Shown one piece after another: positions 1-10,424 of a DNA stretch of 64,000 nt. The DNA is from an uncultured Planctomycetaceae bacterium (lineage in GTDB: Bacteria > Planctomycetota > Planctomycetia > Isosphaerales > Isosphaeraceae). The translations under genes and the position numbers were made by a program. The stretch spans positions 6,304,001 through 6,368,000 of the forward strand of contig CAWIAD010000002.1 in NCBI GenBank assembly GCA_963833985.1, given 5' to 3'. The first letter of the stretch is position 1, and every line of letters begins with the position of its first letter. The notes beneath the pieces are model-generated. The model saw nothing but the letters and a program-made list of their open reading frames with translations. It did not search any database and was not told the origin of the DNA.

Positions 1-300
1 ACGACCGGCCAGGGGCTGGCCCAGACCGCGAACGCCGCGACCCAGACCACGAACCTGATCGGCTTCCAGAGAACGCTGATCTCCAGTGAACAGGCGTTGA
101 CGACAGCCTTTCAAAACTTCCAGCTCGCTCGTCTGATCGTGTACCGCGACATCGGCACCCTGCCGTACGATGAATGGGAGGCTTTCAGTGAAATTTTCCC
201 TACCCAATACCGAGGACCCAGCCTTGGCCCCGGCACCAGCAACACAGGAAAACCTGCCCCCTCTACGTCGTCCGAGCCAGCGCAGGGCGCCGGCCGGTAA
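1..300 (+). CDS. 3' end of a probable TolC-like outer-membrane efflux protein (partial)
   Basis: Frame open from base 1 to the stop at 300 (...LISSEQALTTAFQNFQLARLIVYRDIGTL...); lies directly upstream of adaptor and ABC genes. Confidence 0.55.
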   Translation, partial: TTGQGLAQTANAATQTTNLIGFQRTLISSEQALTTAFQNFQLARLIVYRDIGTLPYDEWEAFSEIFPTQYRGPSLGPGTSNTGKPAPSTSSEPAQGAGR

Positions 301-2098
301 GCTGATCGCGGTCGGGCTGGCGAGCCTGCTGGCCGTGGGCGGGATCACGGTCCTGAGCGTCCCCGGCCTGAGCAAGCCGATCCGCGGCTTCTTCGCCACG
401 CCCGACACGGACATCGTGCCTTACGAGGTCAAGCCGGTGGCCCTGCCGATCACCGTCAGCGACAAGGGCCAGCTCGAAAGCTCGAAGAACCAGGACGTGA
501 TGTCACAGGTCGAGGGCTCGACGACAATCATCACGATCCTGGCCGAGGGAACCAAGGTCAAGAAGGGCGACCTGGTCTGCGAGCTGGACTCGGCCTCGCT
601 GCGTGATAGCCTGACGAACCAGAAGATCGCCACCCAGGGGGCCGAGGCGTCGTTCCAGAACGCCAAGCTCACCCGCGAGGTCGCCGAGATCGCCGTGAAA
701 GAGTACGAGGAAGGCATCTTCCTCCAGGACAAGGCGACCTGCGAGGGCGAGATCAAGCTCGCCGAGTCGGACCTGGCGCGGGCGGCTGACCGCGTCGACT
801 GGGCCAACCGGATGTACGAGAAGGGTTACGTGTCCAAGGCCCAGAAGATCTCCGAGGAGCTCAACTTCCAGAAAGCCAAGTTTGCTCTCGAACAGGCCCA
901 GAGCAAGCTCAACGTGCTGCTCAACTTCACCAAGGGCAAGACCATCAAGGAGCTGCGCAGCGAGGTGGAGAAGGCCCGCTCCGACGAGCTGGCCAAGGAG
1001 CAGACCTACCAGCTTGAAAAGACCAAGGAAGCCAAGCTGGTCAAGCAAATCACCAACTGCAAGCTGTTCGCGCCGGGAGACGGCATCGTGGTCTACGCCA
1101 ACGACGCCAGCCGCAACTTCGGCAGCACGGCCCCGCAGATCGAGGAAGGGGCGACCGTCCGCGAGCGCCAGAAGATTTTCAGCCTGCCGGACATCACCCG
1201 GATGCAGGTCAACGCCAAGATACATGAGTCGCAGATCAACAAGATCACCAGCGGCATGAAGGCGAAGATCCGCGTCGACTCGTTCGCCGACACCGAGCTG
1301 GACGGTACGGTGCTGGACGTGGCCCCGCTGCCCGATCCGACCAGCTTCTTCAGCTCGGATGTGAAGGTGTACACGACCCACGTGAAGATTGACAACCCGC
1401 TCTCCGGGCTGCGTCCCGGCATGAACGCCGAGGTGACCATCCTGGTCGACCGCAAGGAGAACGTGCTCAGCGTTCCGGTACAGGCCATTCTCGAATACGG
1501 CGGCAAGGACCACATCGCGGTCCGGACCCCCAACGGTTTCGAGCGCCGCGAGGTCGAGCTGGGGGTGACCAACGAGAAATACGTGGAAATCACCAAGGGT
1601 GCCACGGCCGGGATGATCGTGGCCATGAACCCGATCACCCTGATCTCCGAGAGCGAGAAGCGGGAACTCTTCGGTGTCGACGGCAAGGCGGCCAGCAAGA
1701 AGGACTGGTCCAACCTGGCCAGTAAGGGTGCCGATACCGCCGCTGGTCCGGCCGACGCGGCCAAGGGCGGTGCGGGCGCCGCCGGCAAGGGCGACCTGGC
1801 CGCCGCCAAGCCTGGCGACCCGGCCAAGGCCAAGGCCAAGGCCAAGGGAGCGCGTGGCAGAGGGGCCGGTGGCGGGTTCGCGGCCTTCGGTGCCAAGTTC
1901 CAGAAAATCCCGGCCGAAGATCGGGCCAAGCTCAAGTCCGCCAGCCCCGAAGAGCGTGAGGAGATTCTCAGGAAAGCCGGCTTCACCGACGAAGAGCTGG
2001 AGCAGATGCGGCAGATGCGTGCCGGTGGTGGTGGCGGCCGCGGGGGCCCCCCCGGCGGCGGTGGCTTTGGCGGTGGCCCGGGAGGCGGGGGAAACTAG
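170..2098 (+). CDS. Efflux periplasmic adaptor (MacA/HlyD family) with Gly/Ala/Lys-rich C-terminal tail
   Basis: N-terminal TM, lipoyl-like EGTKVKKGDLVCELD, coiled coil, APGDGIVVY, LRPGMNAEV; start uncertain. Confidence 0.9.
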   Translation: MNGRLSVKFSLPNTEDPALAPAPATQENLPPLRRPSQRRAPAGKLIAVGLASLLAVGGITVLSVPGLSKPIRGFFATPDTDIVPYEVKPVALPITVSDKGQLESSKNQDVMSQVEGSTTIITILAEGTKVKKGDLVCELDSASLRDSLTNQKIATQGAEASFQNAKLTREVAEIAVKEYEEGIFLQDKATCEGEIKLAESDLARAADRVDWANRMYEKGYVSKAQKISEELNFQKAKFALEQAQSKLNVLLNFTKGKTIKELRSEVEKARSDELAKEQTYQLEKTKEAKLVKQITNCKLFAPGDGIVVYANDASRNFGSTAPQIEEGATVRERQKIFSLPDITRMQVNAKIHESQINKITSGMKAKIRVDSFADTELDGTVLDVAPLPDPTSFFSSDVKVYTTHVKIDNPLSGLRPGMNAEVTILVDRKENVLSVPVQAILEYGGKDHIAVRTPNGFERREVELGVTNEKYVEITKGATAGMIVAMNPITLISESEKRELFGVDGKAASKKDWSNLASKGADTAAGPADAAKGGAGAAGKGDLAAAKPGDPAKAKAKAKGARGRGAGGGFAAFGAKFQKIPAEDRAKLKSASPEEREEILRKAGFTDEELEQMRQMRAGGGGGRGGPPGGGGFGGGPGGGGN

Positions 2099-2100
2099 TC

Positions 2101-2922
2101 GTGGATTTCAGCTCAAATAACGGTTCCGCTTCGGCACGGCCGATCGTCAGCCTGGTCGACGTGACGAAGACGTACGTGATGGGTCATGCCAAGGCCTCCG
2201 GCAGCGGCCGGCGCGGGCCTTCCACCACGGTCACGGTCCACGCCCTGCGGGGCGTGACCGTGGATATCTATCCCGGCGAGTACATCGCCATCATGGGAGC
2301 GTCCGGCTCAGGCAAGAGCACCATGCTCAACCTGCTGGGCTGTCTTGACCGCCCGACCAGCGGACAGTACCTGCTCGGCGGACGCGATGTCTCGCGGCTC
2401 GATGATGACGACCTGTCCGAGGTCCGCAGCCGCTACCTCGGCTTCATCTTCCAGTCGTACAACCTCATCGCCCAGTACACGGTCATCGAGAACATCCAGC
2501 TCCCGCTCACCTACCAGGGAACCGGCGAGCTCGGCAAGGAGGCCAATGACCGGGCCGCCCAGCTTGCCGGCATGGTGGGGCTGGCCGATCGTCTCGATCA
2601 CCGGCCCACGCAACTCTCCGGCGGCCAGCAGCAACGCGTCGCCATCGCCCGATCGCTCATCAACGACCCGTACATCATCCTGGCCGACGAGGCGACCGGC
2701 AATCTCGACACCAAGACCAGCGAAGAAATCATGGAGATGCTCGGCAAGCTCAATGAATCGGGCAAGACCATCATCATGGTCACGCACGAGCAGGACATTG
2801 CCGATCACGCCAAGCGGGTCATCCGCATGCAGGACGGCCTGATCATCGAGGACCGTCCGGGCCAGCGGTTCCTCAAGGCGCAGCAGGCCAAAACAGCCCT
2901 GGTGGGAAGCGCGGAGAACTAA
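2101..2922 (+). CDS. ABC transporter ATP-binding protein (MacB/LolD type)
   Basis: Walker [32 protein letters not shown]. Confidence 0.95.
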   Translation: MDFSSNNGSASARPIVSLVDVTKTYVMGHAKASGSGRRGPSTTVTVHALRGVTVDIYPGEYIAIMGASGSGKSTMLNLLGCLDRPTSGQYLLGGRDVSRLDDDDLSEVRSRYLGFIFQSYNLIAQYTVIENIQLPLTYQGTGELGKEANDRAAQLAGMVGLADRLDHRPTQLSGGQQQRVAIARSLINDPYIILADEATGNLDTKTSEEIMEMLGKLNESGKTIIMVTHEQDIADHAKRVIRMQDGLIIEDRPGQRFLKAQQAKTALVGSAEN

Positions 2923-3089
2923 CGAGCCCTCCGGGCGTTGCGTTGCGAACCGGAAACCGCGGGGCGGCACCGGCACGCCATGGTCATCAAGCCCGCGGGG
3001 CCACGCGTCAGAATCCAGGGCCGCTCACGCCGGGCCGCCTGACTCCATCGCCTTTGACTCGATCCGACTCCGGAGAGGACTAGGTTCCC

Positions 3090-4367
3090 ATGGGACGCAT
3101 CTGGCGAGCGCTCAAGCTCGGAATGAAAAGCTTGCTCCTGCACAAGCTTCGCTCGGGGCTGACGGTGCTGGGCATCGTCTTCGGCGTGGCCGCGGTGATC
3201 TCGATGCTGGCCATAGCCGAGGGGTCCAGCCGCGAGGCCCAGGAGAGGATTCGCGCCCTGGGAGCAACCAACATCATCGTCCGCTCCGTCAAGCCCAGCG
3301 ACGAGGCGCAGGCCAGCGCCGGCCGGCCCGCCCGCATCCTCAACTACGGGCTCAAGTATTCCGACTACGAGCGTATCCTGGAGACGGTGCCCACGATCCG
3401 CAAGGTCCTGCCCATCCGGGAGATCCGCAAGGGAATCCGGCGCTACCAGTACAACCTGGACGGTCGGGTGGTGGGTACCACACACGAGTATGCCGAGTTC
3501 AACATGCTCGAGGTCGATCGGGGCCGCTTTCTGACCGCGGCCGACAACGAAAAATACCAGAACTACGCCGTGCTCGCCGCCACCACGGCCAAGACCCTCT
3601 TTCCGTATGAGGACCCCGTCGGTCAGGCGGTGAAGCTGGGAAGCGATTATTACACGGTCGTGGGTGTGACCAAGGAGCGGCAGAGCTCCGCGGGCATTGG
3701 CTCCAGTCTCTCCGCGCAGGACTTCAACAAGGACGTGTACATTCCGCTGAATACCTGCAAGGTGCGGTTTGGCGAGAAGATCGTCAACAGCCGTTCCGGC
3801 TCGATGGAAGCCGAGGAGACCCAGCTCTCGCAGATCACCCTTCAGGTGGGCTCGATCGAGCAGGTCCGGCCCACGGTCCCCATCATCAAGGCCGCTTACG
3901 AGCCCTGGCACCCGCGCAAGGATGTGGAGATGACCGTCCCATACGACCTGCTGGTGGCTGCCCAGCAGACGGCCCGCCAGTTCAGCATCATCCTGGGAAC
4001 CATCGCCGCGATCTCGCTGCTGGTGGGCGGCATCGGCATCATGAACATCATGCTCGCCACGGTGACCGAGCGCACCCGGGAGATCGGCATCCGCCGCGCC
4101 CTGGGCGCCAAGCGCCGCGACATCACCCAGCAGTTCCTCATCGAGACGGTCGTGCTCTCGGGCGTTGGTGGCATCCTGGGCGTGACCATGGGGATCGCCA
4201 TTCCTCAGATCATCGTCTACTTCATTCCGGACCAGAAGGCCTTCGTCACGCCGGCCTCGGTGATGCTGGCATTTGGCATCTCCGTCTTCATCGGCATTCT
4301 CTTCGGCCTCTACCCGGCCCGCCGCGCTGCCCTCATGGACCCGATCGAGGCGCTGCGGCACGAGTGA
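3090..4367 (+). CDS. ABC transporter permease (MacB-PCD/FtsX)
   Basis: RSGLTVLGIVFGVAAVI, GGIGIMNIMLATVTERTREIGIRRALGA, PIEALRHE. Confidence 0.95.
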   Translation: MGRIWRALKLGMKSLLLHKLRSGLTVLGIVFGVAAVISMLAIAEGSSREAQERIRALGATNIIVRSVKPSDEAQASAGRPARILNYGLKYSDYERILETVPTIRKVLPIREIRKGIRRYQYNLDGRVVGTTHEYAEFNMLEVDRGRFLTAADNEKYQNYAVLAATTAKTLFPYEDPVGQAVKLGSDYYTVVGVTKERQSSAGIGSSLSAQDFNKDVYIPLNTCKVRFGEKIVNSRSGSMEAEETQLSQITLQVGSIEQVRPTVPIIKAAYEPWHPRKDVEMTVPYDLLVAAQQTARQFSIILGTIAAISLLVGGIGIMNIMLATVTERTREIGIRRALGAKRRDITQQFLIETVVLSGVGGILGVTMGIAIPQIIVYFIPDQKAFVTPASVMLAFGISVFIGILFGLYPARRAALMDPIEALRHE

Positions 4368-4838
4368 TCCGCTTCCGTGTCAGTCATGGCAAAGAAGGTC
4401 TTCACTTCATTCCTGGACGCCGAGCGCGGGGGTCCGGCCCAGCGCACTCAAGCCCTTGGCTTCTTCGAAGTTGGGCTTGCGTCCCCAAAAACCGAAGACT
4501 AGTCTTGAACGATCGTCCGTTAGAATTGAGCGCGACATCGGGCCCTCCGGAGTCGCGTTTTTTTCTTCGATCCACGATGCGGTCGCAGAGCGATCGTGAC
4601 GGTGGCGGTTGGAGGTTGCCTCGTTTCCTTCAATTCCCGAAAAACGGCAGATCATGCACCGCGGACGGCAAGCACGCCCGATTCCGCCTCTCCGAAATGC
4701 TCCCCGCAATGACAGAGCCGGATCCCGGTCGACCTGATCGACCGGACCGTGGAGCATTTGAGGCCCCGCAGGGTGCTTGAGAGGGTCGACTCGCGATTGC
4801 GTGATGTGGCTCTTGGTTGGCAGAGGGAGCAGATCGGG

Positions 4839-5318
4839 ATGACCAGCGAACGAATTCCGATGTCGAAGGAGGGCTACGAGAAGCTCAAGGCCCAGCTCGA
4901 CAATATGAAGCACGACGAGATGCCCCGAATTGCCGAGCAGATCGCGCAGGCGAGGGGTTATGGAGACCTCTCCGAAAACGCTGAGTTCGACGCGGCCGTC
5001 GAGGCCCAGGGTATGCTCCAGGCCAAGATCAATGACCTCCAGGACAAGCTGGGCCGTGCCTTCATCGTCGACAAGACGACCATGCCCACAGACCGCGTCG
5101 TCTTCGGCTCCAAGGTTCGGGTCCTCGATCTCGATCTCAACGAGGAAGAAGACTTCACCCTGGTCGGTCCCGGCGACGAGGATTACGACCAGAACAAGAT
5201 CCTGCTCACCAGCCCCATCGGCCAGGGATTGGTCGGCAAGAAGGTCGGAGATCAGGTCGAGGTGCCCATTCCGCGCGGCACGCTCAAGCTCAAGATCGTC
5301 GAGATCGGTGTGGATTGA
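4839..5318 (+). CDS. greA: Transcription elongation factor GreA
   Basis: ARGYGDLSENAEFDAA and SPIGQGLVGKKVGD; ATG at 4839 after GGGAG. Confidence 0.95.
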   Translation: MTSERIPMSKEGYEKLKAQLDNMKHDEMPRIAEQIAQARGYGDLSENAEFDAAVEAQGMLQAKINDLQDKLGRAFIVDKTTMPTDRVVFGSKVRVLDLDLNEEEDFTLVGPGDEDYDQNKILLTSPIGQGLVGKKVGDQVEVPIPRGTLKLKIVEIGVD

Positions 5319-5373
5319 CAGCTCCGCCGCTCCACCAGACGCCAGTAATCCTGCGCAACGCGTCGGCCGCTCT

Positions 5374-6116
5374 TCAACCCGGGCGTTCCGGCTGCCTGAT
5401 TCGCCCGCCGTCTTCGAAGCGAGCCCATGTATCAGGCGGCTCCGCCGTCAGCTCCAGCGCAGTGCCCGCGATCGGATGCCGTAATGCAAGCCGATATGCG
5501 TGCAGTGCAATGCCCTGGGGAAAAGGCTGGGTTGAGCCATAGTTGAGGTCGCCCAGGATCGGTAACCCGCGGGCGGCGGCCTGGACCCGAAGCTGGTGGG
5601 TCCGCCCGGTCTCGGGCCAGAGCCGCAACCGCGCGCATTCCGCCTCCGGACCCTGCACCCGCTCCAGCCGGAACCGCGTGACTGCCTGACGCGCTCGCGC
5701 GCTTCCCTCTGGCACGCACCGCACCACCCCGGAGACTCCGGCCGGGGCGAGCCAGTCAATCCAGGTACCGTGATCCGGCCAGTCGCCGATATCCTGCCGC
5801 GTGCCGGCTTCGCCGGAAGGGCAGCCGGCCAGCTCGGCGATGGCCCAGTATTCCTTCGTGACCGTCCTGCGCTGGAACTGGAGAGAGAGCCGCGCGCGGC
5901 CCGGGGATTCTTCGCCCACATCAGGAGCCCGGACACGGGGCGGTCCAGGCGATGGACGATGCCCACGTAGACCGTCGCCGGACTCTCCGGATCAAGGTGG
6001 GCACGCACTTCCTGTTCGAGCGTCTGCTCGCCCGGCGGAGCCCACGTTCCCTGGGTGAACTGGCCGGCCGGTTTCACGACCGCCAGGCAATGCTCATCCT
6101 CGAACACGAGATTCAC
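5374..6116 (-). CDS. RluA-family pseudouridine synthase (indel near 5915)
   Basis: VVKPAG and HRLDRPVSG in ORF 5448-6116; TGRTHQLR, PILGDLNYG and LHA in ORF 5374-5919. Confidence 0.88.
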
Positions 6117-6179
6117 GGTCAGTCCCGAGGAATCCAGAAGGTGCCAGGGCGCCGGGCCAGGTCGAGAGAAAACGGAGGC

Positions 6180-6671
6180 TCAAGGATAGGCGCCGCCCAT
6201 TGAATTCTTCGTACCTTGAACACCCGGGTCCTTGGCCACCTCCTGAGAGGCGGACGGCAAGGCCTTGAGCAGCGCGTTGGCAAGCGACGACGACCCGCCC
6301 TCCGAGGACGCGCCGCCGACGGCAGTGCCGGGCGGGCCGTACTGGTGGTCGGTGGGCAAGCCCAGTGTGGCAGGCCCCTGCGTGGGCGTGCCCAGGACCA
6401 TATCCGTCGGATTCGCGGGGCCGCTCTGTCCATCGGGCAACATCCCTCCCGGGCCGTTGTTCCCGTAGAGACTGGCCATTCCGCTCGCCACGCTGGGATG
6501 TGGGTCCATGTTGAAGCCCACCGGTGGTGCCCCTCCCGTCGTCTGGTAGGGCTTCCCCGGCGGCACCTCGCTGTGAGGGCTCCGGCAGCCCTCCGCGCAG
6601 CAGAGTCCAACAACCGTCACCAGGCCCGTGGTGCCTGCCATGATACGGTGTATGAGCCGATCCATCGGCAT
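6180..6671 (-). CDS. Hypothetical Pro/Gly-rich lipoprotein
   Basis: Hydrophobic leader ending in AEGC (lipobox-like); AGGAG upstream. Confidence 0.55.
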   Translation of the reverse strand: MPMDRLIHRIMAGTTGLVTVVGLCCAEGCRSPHSEVPPGKPYQTTGGAPPVGFNMDPHPSVASGMASLYGNNGPGGMLPDGQSGPANPTDMVLGTPTQGPATLGLPTDHQYGPPGTAVGGASSEGGSSSLANALLKALPSASQEVAKDPGVQGTKNSMGGAYP

Positions 6672-7011
6672 GATCTCCTGACGAAGTGAACCTGCGGATA
6701 CCGGCAGAAGCCAACCCGCCAGTGTTCAGGGACCTGGCGAGGCAGGGATCCGTCGAGACTCCTGGGAAGCACGGAACCGGTCGCTGAGCACTCACGGGGC
6801 GGAAGGGTGTGGCAATGTCCCGTGGCGCAGCAGGCCGGTCGAAAGGGGCTGGACTTGAGGCGCCCTTCGCGCGCTCGATCCCGGAGTTGCGGATCATAGC
6901 TTCGCGGCCGGACGCGTCAAGTCCTGCCCGGCGGGCCCGTCCCTCCGGAGCCCGCGCCGGACGGCACCTGCCCGAGAGAGAAAGACCTGGGGACGAACCG
7001 GGGACCGCACG

Positions 7012-7629
7012 TCACCGCTTGGCGGCGGCGAACCGGTGGTCCACCTCTTCCCAGTTCACGGTATTCCACCACGCGGAGATGTAATCGGGCCGGCGGTTCT
7101 GATACTTCAGGTAGTAGGCGTGCTCCCACACGTCGCAGCCAAGCAGCGGAGTCAATCCATCCATGATGGGACTGTCCTGGTTCGCTGTCGAGGTCACCGC
7201 GAGCTTGCCATCCTTGCCCAGGACCAGCCAGGCCCATCCCGAGCCGAATCGCGTGGCGCCCGCCTTGGAGAACGCGTCCTTGAACGAGGCGAAACCGCCC
7301 AGCTCGCTGGTGATGGCACTGGCCAGAGCTCCGGTGGGCTCGCCGCCTCCGCCCGGCTTCATGATCTGCCAGAAGAGTGAATGGTTGGCGTGGCCGCCGC
7401 CATTGTTGCGGACGGCCGTGCGGATGTTCTCGGGCAGCGCGCTCAGGTTGCTGATGAGGGCCTCAATCGTCTTTCCCTGGTGGTCGGGGTGGTCCTTCAA
7501 GGCCGCGTTCAGGTTGTTGACATACGCCGCGTGATGCTTGTCATGGTGAATCTCCATGGTCTTCGCATCGATGTGAGGCTCCAGAGCACCGAAGTCGTAA
7601 GGCAGGGGAGGCAAGGTGTAATCGGCCAC
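7012..7629 (-). CDS. sodA: Mn/Fe superoxide dismutase (Mn-type signature)
   Basis: [33 protein letters not shown] start after AGGAG. Confidence 0.95.
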   Translation of the reverse strand: MADYTLPPLPYDFGALEPHIDAKTMEIHHDKHHAAYVNNLNAALKDHPDHQGKTIEALISNLSALPENIRTAVRNNGGGHANHSLFWQIMKPGGGGEPTGALASAITSELGGFASFKDAFSKAGATRFGSGWAWLVLGKDGKLAVTSTANQDSPIMDGLTPLLGCDVWEHAYYLKYQNRRPDYISAWWNTVNWEEVDHRFAAAKR

Positions 7630-8170
7630 GGTGTCGCTCCTCTTCGGGATTCGAATGTCATTCGCAGGGCTGCCTCGGGCAGCTCTGCGGTCCAGGGAGG
7701 CGCCGCGCTGGTTGGCGGTCGCCAGTCCTACCCGCACAAACTACCACACAGCGGCTGAATCGTTCAAATGGCGCCAAACCGAACAACCGAGCCGGACCGG
7801 CAAGGCCCCGCTCAGGCGGGAACCTGCGCGCTGGCCCAGGCCAAGCCGGGGCAGCGGATCCAGGTAATTCACGAGCTGCGCGAAACCGGCGGCGTGGGGC
7901 CGGTGCATGACGCAAAAAAGGCCACGAAGGCCCCGAATCGCCAGCCGGTGCGGGGCTGGTTGACGCTGATATTCCGGGGGACCGTGCGAATCGGGACGTT
8001 GACCGCCGGCTCCCATGGCCGATAATAGGTGGCTGGGTGTTTCTGGTTTCGACCACGACCGATCCATCGCATCGATCTGGTCTTGCCCGCCGAAGACACT
8101 GCTCCTGCCTGGGCCCAGATCGGCACGGTCGAACCCGCTCGGGATTCTCGAATTCCAGGTTTTGATGACG

Positions 8171-10201
8171 ATGTCCAAGCAACTCGCTCTCGGCACTGAA
8201 GACGTCCTCGACGCACCCAGGCCACGCCGTCGGCTGGGCGGATATCTCACCATGCTGGCCGCGCTTGCGGCCGTGGGAGGGGCCGGCTGGGCATGGGAGA
8301 GCGGATACCGGCCGCCTTTTCTCGGGGACTCTCCGTCCGGCCCCGCGCTCGAACTCGTGGAGGTCGACCAGGGCGACGTGATCGAGTTCGTCGTCGAGAA
8401 CGGCACGATGGAGAGCGCGACCAACACGGTGGTTCGCTGTGAGGTCGAGGCGCTCATGGGCATGGTCGGCGGCAGCACAGGCAGCACCGGAGCCGCCGGA
8501 TCAAGCACGTCCGGCACGTCTGGCACCGGCACCACCGCGGGGGCTTCGGGAACCGGCACGTCCCAGGGCTCGACCGCATCAGGGAGTTCTGGGGCCGACA
8601 CCAGCGGGGCAGCCTCGGCGAAGGCCAAGTCGAAGGCCGGCACAAGCAAGACCGGTTCCGCCAAGAGCGGCAGCGCATCGGGATCGACCGGCAGCGCCAG
8701 TTCGAGCAGTGGCTCCTCGAGCTCCAGCGCATCGAGCGGTTCGTCCTCATCCGCTTCATCCGGCTCCACCAGCGCGTCGAAAAAGCCAACGATCCGCAGC
8801 TTCACCTACTCCGTCACCAAGCACACGCCGCTCCGCGGCGCCAGCACCAAGAGCACCACCACCACCGCGGCCAAGGGCGCTGCGGATCAATCGGCCGGCG
8901 GCGGTGGAGGCGGTGGCCGTGGTGGCCGTGGTGGCCGGGGCGGGCGTGGTGGCCGTGGTGGTGGCAGCATGATGGAGGAAGAAAAGCCGGGCTCGACGCG
9001 CATCGTGTCGATACTCCCCGAAGGCTCAGAGGTGAAGAAGGGCGACATCGTCTGCCAGCTCGACTCCTCGGCCTTCACCGACGAGCTCCAGGCGCAGCAG
9101 GTTCGCTGGCTGAAGGCCAAGGCGTGGGTCGACCAGGCGAAGTCCATCCTCGAGGTCAGCGAGATCAGCCTGCGCGAGTACCGGGACGGTATCTACCCTG
9201 AGGATTTGCAGCTCATTCGCCAGTACATCCAGACCTGCCGGATCGAGAAAGACCGGGCCGAGCGCAACCTGGTCTGGTCGCGCGACATGTACCAGAAGGG
9301 CTATCGGACCTCGGCGCAGCTCAAGGCCGACGGGCTGAACGATCAGCAGGCAGAGATCGCCCTGCGAGAAGCCGAGGGAATGCTTGTGCGGCTGGACAAG
9401 TTCACCGGGCCCAAGAACATCAAGTCGCTCGAGGCCAAGGTCAAGGCCGTCGAGTCGGACAGGAAGAACCAGGAGGCCTCTTTCCAGCTCGAGACCCAGC
9501 GCCGCGACCGCCTCAAGAAGAATATCGACCACTGCACCCTCCGTGCACCCGATGACGGTATCGTCGTCTATGTGAACGAGACCAATGGGTGGGGCCGGGT
9601 GGAGCAGCAGATCGAGCAGGGTGTCACCGTCCGCGAGGGCCAGCCGATCTTCGAGCTTCCCGATCCGAAGTTCATGCGTGTCAAGGCCCGGGTCAACGAG
9701 ACCAAGGTTGCGCTGCTGCGGACCGGGCAACGCGCCGCCATCAAGGTGGACGCCATGCCGGATCGCCTGCTGGAGGGAACGGTCGCCGAGATCACGGCCA
9801 TCTCCACTCCGGTGAACGGGCCGTTCTCGGATGTCCGGATCTACTTCGCCACGGTGAACATCGATGCAAACGACGTGAGCCTTCGCCCCGGTCTGACCGC
9901 GGAGGTGTTCTTCCGGTGCGACACGCGCACGAACGTGACCCGGGTTCCCCTCCAGGCTGTACGATCGTTCGAAGGCAAGCACTTCGTCGCCGTGCATCAA
10001 GCCTCGGCCAGAAGAGCGCGGGGGCCGGGCTGGAAGTGGCAGCGCGTCGAGCTCGGACTGAGCGACCCGACCTTCGTCGAGGTCGTCTCCGGCGTGAAGA
10101 GCGGTGAGCGCATCGTGGCCAACAGCATCGACTTGCCGGCTCCCGAACCGGTCGCGGACACGCAGGCCAACCCGGTGGCCAGTGTCAGCATGCAGCCCTG
10201 A
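8171..10201 (+). CDS. Efflux periplasmic adaptor with a large low-complexity insertion
   Basis: TM anchor, EGSEVKKGDIVCQLD, RAPDDGIVVY, LRPGLTAEV; paralogous to 170-2098; start uncertain. Confidence 0.85.
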   Translation: MSKQLALGTEDVLDAPRPRRRLGGYLTMLAALAAVGGAGWAWESGYRPPFLGDSPSGPALELVEVDQGDVIEFVVENGTMESATNTVVRCEVEALMGMVGGSTGSTGAAGSSTSGTSGTGTTAGASGTGTSQGSTASGSSGADTSGAASAKAKSKAGTSKTGSAKSGSASGSTGSASSSSGSSSSSASSGSSSSASSGSTSASKKPTIRSFTYSVTKHTPLRGASTKSTTTTAAKGAADQSAGGGGGGGRGGRGGRGGRGGRGGGSMMEEEKPGSTRIVSILPEGSEVKKGDIVCQLDSSAFTDELQAQQVRWLKAKAWVDQAKSILEVSEISLREYRDGIYPEDLQLIRQYIQTCRIEKDRAERNLVWSRDMYQKGYRTSAQLKADGLNDQQAEIALREAEGMLVRLDKFTGPKNIKSLEAKVKAVESDRKNQEASFQLETQRRDRLKKNIDHCTLRAPDDGIVVYVNETNGWGRVEQQIEQGVTVREGQPIFELPDPKFMRVKARVNETKVALLRTGQRAAIKVDAMPDRLLEGTVAEITAISTPVNGPFSDVRIYFATVNIDANDVSLRPGLTAEVFFRCDTRTNVTRVPLQAVRSFEGKHFVAVHQASARRARGPGWKWQRVELGLSDPTFVEVVSGVKSGERIVANSIDLPAPEPVADTQANPVASVSMQP

Positions 10202-10424
10202 GAACCTCGCGACGGTCTCGGCACCTGGAAACACCTGGTCTGAGCCCGCGCTCGCGCCGGCCGCACGTCGGACCCGCGGGAGCCTCATCCGGCGCCATAC
10301 GCTCTTGCCGGATGGCTGACCGGGATTTAGCCTGTTACGTCACGGGCGTCATGAGCTCCTGGCAGCCGATGCGACTTCGGGCTGCTCTCAGGTCGCCGCG
10401 CGACCACCTGGGAGCGGCTTCGCC

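Noticed and set aside
4725..4745. Hairpin CCGGTCGA-CCTGA-TCGACCGG upstream of greA as an attenuator
   Set aside because: No U-tract, and a single 8-bp GC stem is unremarkable here
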